From positions 1 through 25,430 of the IMG/VR virus record IMGVR_UViG_3300012953_000203: a DNA stretch of 25,430 nt. The stretch is one strand, 5' to 3'. The translations under genes were made by a program, and so were the position numbers. The notes under the pieces are model-generated. The model saw nothing but the letters and a program-made list of their open reading frames with translations, made no database searches and was not told where the DNA came from. Below are positions 10,701 through 17,756 of the stretch, piece by piece. Origin of the DNA: a virus (lineage: Duplodnaviria > Caudoviricetes). Position 1 is the first letter of the stretch; each line of letters begins with the position of its first letter.

Positions 10701-12090
10701 CAGATACAGTTTGAGCTGCCATATATTGGGATATACTAGCGCCAAGAGTTTTGAAACCCATGGATAAGTTTCCTTGCGCTAAATTTTCTAACCCAAGGGT
10801 TGCTGTTAGTTTAGAGGACGCGGTTTGATGTAACCTTACAGAGGTAATTAATCTTGTTCTTTCTACTCTAGCGGCGGCTAGTGCTACTCTTTTGTCTTTC
10901 AACTTTATTTTTTCTGCTTCACTCGTTGCAGTCATTTTTTCGAGGCCAGTTTCATGCTGAGAAATAGTTCTATTTAAACTAGTTAAGCCTTCTTTATAAT
11001 CACCAATTCCTTTGGAGCCATCTTTAAGTCCATCTAAAAATTTGTTATATTTAGTAGTTGATTTACCTACAACATTCAATCCTTGTAATTGTTGTTTTGA
11101 ATTTTCTGCTGTTTGTGTTGCAACGTCAGCCATTGCTTGACTTTGTTCGGCTAAAGCAGGCAACATTGTTCTTGATATTGTTGAGGCAAAAAGTGCTAAA
11201 GAGCCAGCAAGAGCCACTTGATTATTTGCTAATAAATCTACAACAGGGCGCAAGAAAGTATTTAAGAATCCGATTCCTTCCTTTACTAAGTTATTAAAAG
11301 CGGCAGCTAATTGATTGTAGGGGTTTGTGTCTACAGAGTCTCTTAGCTGCCCGAACTGCTCTCTGCCTGCTTCTATTGTTGCATTTAAGAAAGCTTGTCT
11401 TCGTTCAAACTGAGATAAACTATCTGTAGACTTTCCTATTGATATTGCGTATTGCTCGACAGCATCATCTAGCCGAACCATAATACCTAATTCATCAAGA
11501 ATTTCTGGTTCTAGTTTTGCAGCACCTCTAACAAGACGATCAAAGGAGTCTGTTAAGTCTCTTCCGAGAGCTTTGGAAGCACCATCAGCAACTTCTGCTA
11601 ATTCTTCTAGTTGCTTGGTTGAAAAACCGGATGCAGTTGCTAAAGCAGCACTTCGTAATGCTTGTTCAGTACTAAGTGCATTATCAGTTACAGCTTTTAA
11701 CTTTGATACAACTAAGTCAAGATTCCTTCCAGCTGAGTCACCAAAGAAGGCAACACTTTGCTCTAGCTGAGCAAATTCTGCAGCTCTTTGTAGAGCACCA
11801 AAAGCTGCAGTTGCAGCAAATACGTTAGCAGCTAAAGTTGCATATGCACCTACAAGGCCAGAGCTTCCGGTCATGCTTTGGTTCATCTTAGAAAAAGCTT
11901 TAGTACTATTTGCTGTAGCTCCTGCTACTCCTTTTTCTCCCTTATGATACTTACTTCTTTTTTTAGAGGTTTTTTCCGTAGACGCACCAAGTTCATCAGT
12001 AGCTTTTGCAGCTGCCTTTGATTTTTTAGCAACAATATCTAATGTTCCGTTGTCGGAGATTCGTACTGTTAAATTAACTTCGTTTGCCAC
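7729..12090 (-). CDS. tape measure protein
   Basis: 1453 aa, Ala/Leu/Lys/Glu-rich helical; SFDRLVRGAAKLEPEILDELGI motif; hydrophobic segments; C-terminal AEGG...VVGEQGPELFVP motif; follows the chaperone pair. Confidence 0.93.
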   Translation of the reverse strand: MANEVNLTVRISDNGTLDIVAKKSKAAAKATDELGASTEKTSKKRSKYHKGEKGVAGATANSTKAFSKMNQSMTGSSGLVGAYATLAANVFAATAAFGALQRAAEFAQLEQSVAFFGDSAGRNLDLVVSKLKAVTDNALSTEQALRSAALATASGFSTKQLEELAEVADGASKALGRDLTDSFDRLVRGAAKLEPEILDELGIMVRLDDAVEQYAISIGKSTDSLSQFERRQAFLNATIEAGREQFGQLRDSVDTNPYNQLAAAFNNLVKEGIGFLNTFLRPVVDLLANNQVALAGSLALFASTISRTMLPALAEQSQAMADVATQTAENSKQQLQGLNVVGKSTTKYNKFLDGLKDGSKGIGDYKEGLTSLNRTISQHETGLEKMTATSEAEKIKLKDKRVALAAARVERTRLITSVRLHQTASSKLTATLGLENLAQGNLSMGFKTLGASISQYMAAQTVSGVKNTLYASTLNVIKTGAFAAMLGVRALGQAFFALLGPIGLLISFGPLLYDFFAKRFFPEDETKKKFEEIRSGTERAIKVEEKFVQSTVEGSKRQVDGQKKALGLQLEVANSIQKTIDLERELAKDTIDQNNAQIISTSAKITQDKERLRYLEDAGKLTRVQRREERQLKAAIETNLRILDTLNASNKSTFTSLGQIGPEAIESIKTSIEDLKNSPKVAEFMSPQIAQLEEFLKLGSTLTKNELLDLLESIQNDSRKGSAFLTNLTGTVQKFSDEQSKLGAKVTSPYDKILDAAKGVRAEFTNIEELTPELRTKLENMGFDIAGEEMKKAFGGEGKEFLDKYIQSLEEAVNRIKLFPNALAKNKQAQKDVTIVANEGVAALEKSFQLRNEGFKLRQQEIDDQKLAINQIYQGTEALEARGKELLAQQDLRQAQLDGETKYNNSLTDGLRVQMLQADQQKAALDLQLKLNEAINKSLDIRTKAARVQAKINNISDPKKRSSDLTAADELAIFQKFRKERETAVAKEYELRIKVINSEALITELKFQLVEEQLRAAGLLDKAAIDNFKSIRGSLKAVQDQQKKNAEDQRDLSLNIIQLEGEERKRALIDAAKAAMTTTGTLFEKFQSIKDTLSTDAGDGNTGINNMKDLLDSMDPREKLGLFKESVSGFIEEMSKLGPDGEFIASMAQGVFTIADSFVTLGEQIDKDSTKMEKFGAVANTIANVIGAVNNILQAGYQRNIATIEEQIEAEKKRDGKSKASLQKIAQMEKKKEAQARKAFEVNKKMMIAQAIASTAAGVVGALGSKPWGPWNFALAGLVAAMGAAQVAIIAGTSFQGGGSGESSSAGPSSISLGKRASAVDMAKTKSASGELGYLRGESGTGGPQNFKPSFAGRYRAEGGSAGLVVGEQGPELFVPEVPGRVVPNEDVGMGGASNVTFNISTVDAAGVEELLVSQRGNIIGMLREASNSYGKPFMEGVSTSVYTPESAGVRSY

Positions 12091-12433
12091 TGCTCTGTCT
12101 CTTTAGCTTTTCATACTCCTTCTTCATTTGTTCTGAAGATTTTTTAATTGTTCTGGAATCTAACCAGTGTAGTATTTCAAGAAAGTATTCTTTATCATCT
12201 ATCCCGTAAATATTCATAATATGAGATAAATTAGTATAATCTTTTCCGGTATATCCTATCTCAGGATATACTCTATCTCCAAGTAAATTAAAAGCGGAAA
12301 TAGCATCTATTACTATTTCCGGAAAATCGTTTAAGTCTGGAGGAATCTCAGATTCTACAGGCTCTTGCTCCATTTGTTCCTTCATCGTGAAATATTTATC
12401 ACGAGTCATTCCTGTATCAAGATTTCGAAACAT
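12074..12433 (-). CDS. tail assembly chaperone, second ORF (gpT-equivalent; probably reached by frameshift, frame open from 12484)
   Basis: Lies between the first chaperone and TMP and overlaps both; no well-spaced SD before ATG 12433; the frame is open 17 codons upstream. Confidence 0.75.
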   Translation of the reverse strand: MFRNLDTGMTRDKYFTMKEQMEQEPVESEIPPDLNDFPEIVIDAISAFNLLGDRVYPEIGYTGKDYTNLSHIMNIYGIDDKEYFLEILHWLDSRTIKKSSEQMKKEYEKLKRQSSGKRS

Positions 12434-12869
12434 CTGGTCGAGGCGGTTTAGAACTTCCTCCTTTTGGCTTGCTACGAAAGTTATCTAAATCAAAGACTAC
12501 CTCGTTGAGCCATGTATCAAATTCACTAGAGTTTGCCACAAGAAGTTCTGCGTTTTCTAAGCTATAATCAACTTCCGCTTTTGGATCTTGTCCACTTGTA
12601 TCAATTAGAATTAATGTCTCTAAGCTTTCTAGAGTTAATCCTTTCCAACCTTTTATGCTTGCTTTTGAAAATTCTTCTACAAACTTATCCTCATCGAGAT
12701 TTTCCATAAGCTGTCGAGTTTTCCTATCGAATTTTTGGGAAGTGCATCTTTTTCGTAAAAGAGAAAGCTCTTTTCTTGATAAGTTTACAACTTCTACACT
12801 AAACCCCGATAATCCAGGAAAATCGATCCAGGTTGATTTACTATCAACCATTAATTTTTTAAGTTCCAT
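12417..12869 (-). CDS. tail assembly chaperone (gpG-equivalent, T5 p139-like)
   Basis: 150 aa; strong SD GAGGAGG; IKGWKGL and terminal V.DLDNFR motifs; position upstream of TMP. Confidence 0.8.
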   Translation of the reverse strand: MELKKLMVDSKSTWIDFPGLSGFSVEVVNLSRKELSLLRKRCTSQKFDRKTRQLMENLDEDKFVEEFSKASIKGWKGLTLESLETLILIDTSGQDPKAEVDYSLENAELLVANSSEFDTWLNEVVFDLDNFRSKPKGGSSKPPRPDVSKS

Positions 12870-12880
12870 TAATGACCTCC

Positions 12881-13789
12881 TCAGTCAGTTTCGTATTTAA
12901 GTATAGTAGCTAAATTACTAGGATTTGCTACAAGCCTCCAATCATAGTTTTGTTGGTATAAATCTCCAACTCCCATTCTATTTGTGAAGCTACAAAGGGC
13001 GGGCCCAAAAGAAAATCCCCTAAAGGCTCCTCCGGATAGTCCATTTCCAGCTTTAACAGTCATAGACACAGAAGTATTCCATGTATTCATTGTACTGCTA
13101 TTTGTATCAGAAAGATACTGAGAAATAGAGCCCGCAAGAATTTTCTTTGAGATTGTGAAATTCGAAGGATACATCGAATTTGCAGCAGAGGTAACAGCGA
13201 GAGCGCTGTGTATAGTTTTATAGGGCGTCCATTTTACTTCATTTTGTAGTTCTAAGGAAATAGATATAATACTATCCAAAGTACTACCTCCAATATCTAC
13301 AGAAATAATAGGAGCTACTATGTGTGTTCGAGTCGCGCTTCTTGAAGCGAGACTTCCTGTTACCGTGGCATTCCTTGTTAGCTTTGCTGCTTCTCCTTGA
13401 ATATCAATACTCAGGGGTCGTGATTTCTCAATTACGAACACTCCATTTGTTATGACCGCAGTTTCTAGCTTAAAAGTTTCGGTATCAGTTATTACAAAAA
13501 TATCAAAAGAGACTCCTGATATAAGTAAAGTTTCAATAATAGTAAAGTCACTTTCTACTAAAGCAGGTATAGTAAAACTAAAGTTTGCTCTTCCTGCTGA
13601 GTTAGTTATACTACCTTCGAAAAACTCTTCTGTATGAGCAGCTTGTATTGCTCCATGCAAAGTTCTTACATCATAGCTTTCTTCTCTAAAAGTTTGGTTA
13701 AAGCTTATATCACTTATGTCTAATTTATGGCGATTTCCCCCAGATACAATAAAGACAGAGCTGTTTCTTTTAAAATTATAAGTTGGCAT
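12881..13789 (-). CDS. baseplate tube / minor tail protein (T5 p140-like)
   Basis: 302 aa, beta-rich, between major tail gene and chaperones; SFNQTF and ANFSFT echo the major tail protein's SFSQAT and AEWSFST. Confidence 0.7.
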   Translation of the reverse strand: MPTYNFKRNSSVFIVSGGNRHKLDISDISFNQTFREESYDVRTLHGAIQAAHTEEFFEGSITNSAGRANFSFTIPALVESDFTIIETLLISGVSFDIFVITDTETFKLETAVITNGVFVIEKSRPLSIDIQGEAAKLTRNATVTGSLASRSATRTHIVAPIISVDIGGSTLDSIISISLELQNEVKWTPYKTIHSALAVTSAANSMYPSNFTISKKILAGSISQYLSDTNSSTMNTWNTSVSMTVKAGNGLSGGAFRGFSFGPALCSFTNRMGVGDLYQQNYDWRLVANPSNLATILKYETD

Positions 13790-13835
13790 TGTCTTTTACT
13801 CTCCGAGAAACCCTATTCTCCTTTGACTACCGTAT

Positions 13836-13880
13836 AGTATAGTTCACAAGAGGATAAATGTCAAGAATTATTTTTTATAT
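13836..13880 (-). promoter_or_regulatory. sigma70-type promoter with UP element
   Basis: Minus strand AAAAAATAATTC-TTGACA(13864-13859)-17 nt-TATACT(13841-13836), just downstream of a terminator. Confidence 0.85.
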
Positions 13881-13887
13881 GTGTAAG

Positions 13888-13911
13888 AAAAAAGGGGCCG
13901 AAGCCCCTTTT
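13888..13911 (-). terminator. Rho-independent terminator after the major tail gene
   Basis: Minus strand AAAAGGGGC-TTCG-GCCCC-TTTTTT: GC stem, C(UUCG)G tetraloop, U6 tract; A/U tracts on both sides, so possibly bidirectional. Confidence 0.92.
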
Positions 13912-13927
13912 CTTATAGTATTAACCC

Positions 13928-15196
13928 TTAAGGTCGATAGGTTAAACTAAGCTCATCCGCAGCTGTAATTGCTGAAGGAAGTGCCATGAAATTAGTCTCC
14001 AAAGAAATAATATCTTCAATACTATGCGTTGGTATTTCAACGTGACACGTAGGCATAGCAAGCTCTAAGCCTGTCCCTGTTGCTCCACCAACTTTAAAAG
14101 TCAAAGCAAATGAATTAGTTACAACATTTGTGATTGCTCTCAAATCAGTAAAGAAGTCATTTGAGGAGTTATTCTGATTTGCTCCACTTGTATTTTCAGT
14201 TAAGTAACAAGTAAAAGATCCAGAAACATTTCTTGTTCCTGTAACGTGACCAATAGGCACGTTTACTAGTCCGATCTCTTCTGGAGTAATATAAGTATTA
14301 TTATTTGAAATAGTAATACTTCCACCAGTAAGAGTAAGTACATAACTTGCTTCCAACTCATTTGAACCATCGCTATCAGGGTCTTGGCTTGTAGGAGCAA
14401 TCGTAAGGGTAGTTAGTCGATTACGAATAAAGTTAGTTGTACTCGTAGTTGCTTCATAAACTTGAGCAGTATGACTACCTCCGCTTCCTGTGAGAGTAAC
14501 AAGCAGTCTATGTTGATCATTTGAAACAAGAACAACGTCACCAATTGCAGAACCTGTTCCACTTGTTGGCTTACTTCCAGACGCAGCTACTGCAGTATTT
14601 GCAGTATGGTCTGTTAGATTAGTAGCATTTCCTGACCAGTTAATTGTAGCAATACCATCAATATCAAAATCAAGTGTTGCTTCATTTACAGTAACGCCTG
14701 CCATTTTCATAACTGTAAAGTTTGCATCTCCAAGTACAAAATAAATATTTGCAGTTCCAAGAGTCGAAGACTGAGATTGTGCAAAAGTAACAGTCATGTT
14801 AGATCCGCCGGGTACAAGAACGTCCGTAGGACTACTTGCTCCATCATCGTATTTATCTGAAGCATAGTTTTTTGCACCAGCCATAAGTGCCCATAAAACT
14901 TCTTCCACAGCGTGTACTTCTGCAGATGCATCAGCCGCACCTGTTCCGGACCCTGCGGAAGTAAAGGGTCTTACATACGTTGAAAAAGACCATTCTGCTG
15001 GTGCAAGAGAATCGTTAAACGCTCTTCGACCACGACGAGATACGCCACCTGCAGATTCCATCTCATTAAGGTTAATTTCCGTACTGTTTGTAGCTTGAGA
15101 GAAGCTAAACCCATCTAGTACAGGGATTGACCATACAGTGCCATCAAACTCCAAAAACATCTTGGTGTCGCGGCTAAAATATAATTGTTCTGCCAT
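13928..15196 (-). CDS. major tail tube protein (T5 pb6-like)
   Basis: 422 aa; IPVLDGFSFSQATN..FNDSLAPAEWSFSTYVRP, FDIDGIATINWSG, TGTRNVSGSFTCYL; strong SD AGGAG; followed by a terminator. Confidence 0.88.
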   Translation of the reverse strand: MAEQLYFSRDTKMFLEFDGTVWSIPVLDGFSFSQATNSTEINLNEMESAGGVSRRGRRAFNDSLAPAEWSFSTYVRPFTSAGSGTGAADASAEVHAVEEVLWALMAGAKNYASDKYDDGASSPTDVLVPGGSNMTVTFAQSQSSTLGTANIYFVLGDANFTVMKMAGVTVNEATLDFDIDGIATINWSGNATNLTDHTANTAVAASGSKPTSGTGSAIGDVVLVSNDQHRLLVTLTGSGGSHTAQVYEATTSTTNFIRNRLTTLTIAPTSQDPDSDGSNELEASYVLTLTGGSITISNNNTYITPEEIGLVNVPIGHVTGTRNVSGSFTCYLTENTSGANQNNSSNDFFTDLRAITNVVTNSFALTFKVGGATGTGLELAMPTCHVEIPTHSIEDIISLETNFMALPSAITAADELSLTYRP

Positions 15197-15257
15197 AGTT
15201 TTCTCCTATGAACTTGAAAAGACTTGAACGTGAACGTTTGTTCGTGTCAGTATTTTC

Positions 15258-15710
15258 TTAATAACGAACCTCTATAAGCATTTCTCCCACACCTAAAGGC
15301 TCTAATACGCCTTCATCAGTATCAATACTGATGACGGACATTTGGTGAACGTTGTAAATGGTATTTAATTTATCTGTGTACTGTAAGTTAGAGTTAGTTT
15401 CTATTACAGTTTCAATGTCCTCCATAACTTCATTCAATTTTACTTGAGCATCTTCCTCTTGAACGTATATACGAATTGTAACAGATAAATATCTGTCTTT
15501 AAATCCGCCTCCTTGATACTCTCTTGTTTCGGATCCTGCATTCAAATGAACAGCAGGAAAGTCTTCTACTTCATCCCAAAACTTTAATCTTCCTGAGACA
15601 TTATTATTGAGATCAGTAAGAAATTGTCCTGCTCCATTTATAGTTTTAAGAGCAGTTACTAAAGCTTCAATAATATTTGATCTTTTGGAAACGTAATCTC
15701 TTATAGCCAC
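15258..15710 (-). CDS. tail terminator protein (T5 p142-like)
   Basis: 150 aa acidic; RLKFWDEVEDFPAVH, ETREY, IDTDEGVLEPLGVGE..EVRY; directly upstream of the tail tube gene. Confidence 0.8.
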   Translation of the reverse strand: MAIRDYVSKRSNIIEALVTALKTINGAGQFLTDLNNNVSGRLKFWDEVEDFPAVHLNAGSETREYQGGGFKDRYLSVTIRIYVQEEDAQVKLNEVMEDIETVIETNSNLQYTDKLNTIYNVHQMSVISIDTDEGVLEPLGVGEMLIEVRY

Positions 15711-17116
15711 TACACTCTCCTAGTATATAGTCTTCCTATTAGATACTGCGACATAATCTCTCTTATTGATTTATCAATAAGAACTCTAGGGTCTCTATCT
15801 GTACTAGAGAATCTTGTGCCACTACTACTTTCAAATACTTGATAAGGATCTTTTCTATAAGTATATCCTATACTAGGAAAACCTTGGTTAGTTGTTGCCA
15901 TATCTACAGCCCTAACGCTTGCAGCAAAACGCCCTGTTCTACTCTCTAACGCAGGAGGGTTCATATTTCTAAGAATAGCTGTAGGTAGCTTAGCATTCAA
16001 AACTCCAAGTATATTTGCTAAATTTACTGACGAACTTTTTGCCTTAGTCTTCCTATTTGTAGCAATATTTTGTTTTTTAGTTGCAGCAATAGATAAGTTA
16101 TGTCCTGCTTCTCTATTCTTAGTTTTTGCCTTGCCTTTAGTTTTAAATTGTAGTTTTCTTGCGTCAATTTTAGCATCTATTTTTACTTTTTTACCTTTAG
16201 CGGATTTTTCTATAAAAGGCTCTATTGCACGAGCAATCATTCTATCTCTAATACTAGGTGATCCTTCCATTTCTACTAAAGTTTTTGATCCTTGTTCTTC
16301 AAAAAATTTTCTTAGTAAATTTAAAGCTGCTGTTTCTCTTGCCTGCTCAACTCCTCTGTTTCTATACTTACTTTGAAATGTTATGTAAGGGACATAATCT
16401 GCTCTTACTTTTCCTGCTTTTGTAATATTTGTCTCATAGTTTGTAATAACATTTTCTATTTCAGATCTGAACTCTGCATGTATTTCTCCGCTTTTTATTG
16501 CATTATCTACATAATCACGAAGGTCATCTTGAATTTTTAACATAGTTTCAGGATTATCAACAACTGTATCCAGTTGTGATAGTCCACGTTGCATGGTTAA
16601 ATTTGATACTGCATTGCCGTCTGAACCATGTCCTCTGTCAACAGCCGCTTTTAATTGTTTTAGCTGTTCTTCTGTTCCTGTTACTACTTCGTCTATTATT
16701 TCTTTTTTTAAGGATCTTAGAACTCCGAAACTTTGTACAATAAAAGCCTCTTTTCCTAGCTTTTCAAAAAGAGCTGTATCTTTTTCCGCAATTACTTTTC
16801 CCGCAGGAGTGTTCTCAATAGTTTCATCACCCTTGCTCCAAAGTAATGCTTTTTTAATATATTTATTTTGTCTGTCGTTTGCTTTTTTCCTGGCTGTACC
16901 CAGTTTTCTTCTATCAACCTTCAGACCTTTTAGTCTATCTTTTCCATACTTTTCATTAATATCAGCTATTGCGTCCTTAATAAAAGATAAATCCTCTAAG
17001 TATATTACCTGAGGGCGAGTACCTTGTATGGCTTTTCTTGTACGCTCGTTTTCTTCTTTTCTTAGTAAACGAAGTATTTTTTCATTAAGAGTTTTTCTTA
17101 CATTAGATCTTGACAT
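15710..17116 (-). CDS. tail completion / neck protein (T5 p143-like C-terminal domain) with long N-terminal region
   Basis: 468 aa, basic; C-terminal NMNPPALESRTGRFAASV..IGYTY..DPYQVFE..RDPRVLIDKSIREI; sits between head completion and terminator genes. Confidence 0.65.
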   Translation of the reverse strand: MSRSNVRKTLNEKILRLLRKEENERTRKAIQGTRPQVIYLEDLSFIKDAIADINEKYGKDRLKGLKVDRRKLGTARKKANDRQNKYIKKALLWSKGDETIENTPAGKVIAEKDTALFEKLGKEAFIVQSFGVLRSLKKEIIDEVVTGTEEQLKQLKAAVDRGHGSDGNAVSNLTMQRGLSQLDTVVDNPETMLKIQDDLRDYVDNAIKSGEIHAEFRSEIENVITNYETNITKAGKVRADYVPYITFQSKYRNRGVEQARETAALNLLRKFFEEQGSKTLVEMEGSPSIRDRMIARAIEPFIEKSAKGKKVKIDAKIDARKLQFKTKGKAKTKNREAGHNLSIAATKKQNIATNRKTKAKSSSVNLANILGVLNAKLPTAILRNMNPPALESRTGRFAASVRAVDMATTNQGFPSIGYTYRKDPYQVFESSSGTRFSSTDRDPRVLIDKSIREIMSQYLIGRLYTRRV

Positions 17117-17703
17117 TAAAAGTTCTTATACATATCCAGTACTCGTTTGATATGATCGGGTAATCCTCCACCATCTAAGCTACTGGTTCCTGGGTTGTCT
17201 AATGTTGCACCTCCCAAAGTTCTTCTTTGCTTATGCTCTTTCTTAAAATAGTAAGTAATTAAATCAACTACTGCTAACATAAGATCTAGCGGAATACTTG
17301 AGTATCCCGCCGTATATACTACCTCTACAGAGCCTACCCCCTTTGGGAAGTTTTTAAATCGCCCAGAAGAATCAGTGCGAATAATACTATCAGTATCCGG
17401 CTCTAAATAATACTCATGAGCTGTAGTTGTCAAAGTAGAATAAGATTCAGAATAAGCATTTCTTTCTTTTACACTTACGATAGTTTGAATAGGACTTTCC
17501 GTAAGTTGTACTACATGACTTTCCCAGTTAAGAGTAAAAGTTTCAGTCTTATTTGTAGAGAAAAAATCTACAAACGAGTTTGCACAGTAAGTCTTTACTA
17601 ATTGACTCACAGCAGGTATAATAGTTTGAAATTTGAGATCGTTCGTTGTAGAATCAATCCCTTCAAACTCTTTGTATTTTGCTAACGTTATTAAGTCTGC
17701 CAT
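17116..17703 (-). CDS. head-tail connector / head completion protein (gp6-like, T5 p144-like)
   Basis: 195 aa; LITLAKYKEF, VKTYC, VEVVYTAGY..IPLDLMLAV, LPDHIKRVLDMYK; follows the capsid gene. Confidence 0.85.
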   Translation of the reverse strand: MADLITLAKYKEFEGIDSTTNDLKFQTIIPAVSQLVKTYCANSFVDFFSTNKTETFTLNWESHVVQLTESPIQTIVSVKERNAYSESYSTLTTTAHEYYLEPDTDSIIRTDSSGRFKNFPKGVGSVEVVYTAGYSSIPLDLMLAVVDLITYYFKKEHKQRRTLGGATLDNPGTSSLDGGGLPDHIKRVLDMYKNF

Positions 17704-17715
17704 AAGTCAATTAGT

Positions 17716-17748
17716 AAAAACTTGGGAGAGCGTGAGCTCCCCCAAGTT
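17716..17748 (-). terminator. Rho-independent terminator after the capsid gene
   Basis: Minus strand AACTTGGGGGAGC-TCAC-GCTCTCCCAAGTT-TTT: long stem with one G-U pair, ending in a U5 run. Confidence 0.85.
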
Positions 17749-17756
17749 GCTGGTTA

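Noticed and set aside
12440-12470. Canonical -1 frameshift, or SD-driven independent start, for the second chaperone at CCAAAAGGAGG
   Set aside because: The -1 frame hits TAA within a few codons, and GGAGG is 23 nt from the ATG, too far to act as an SD
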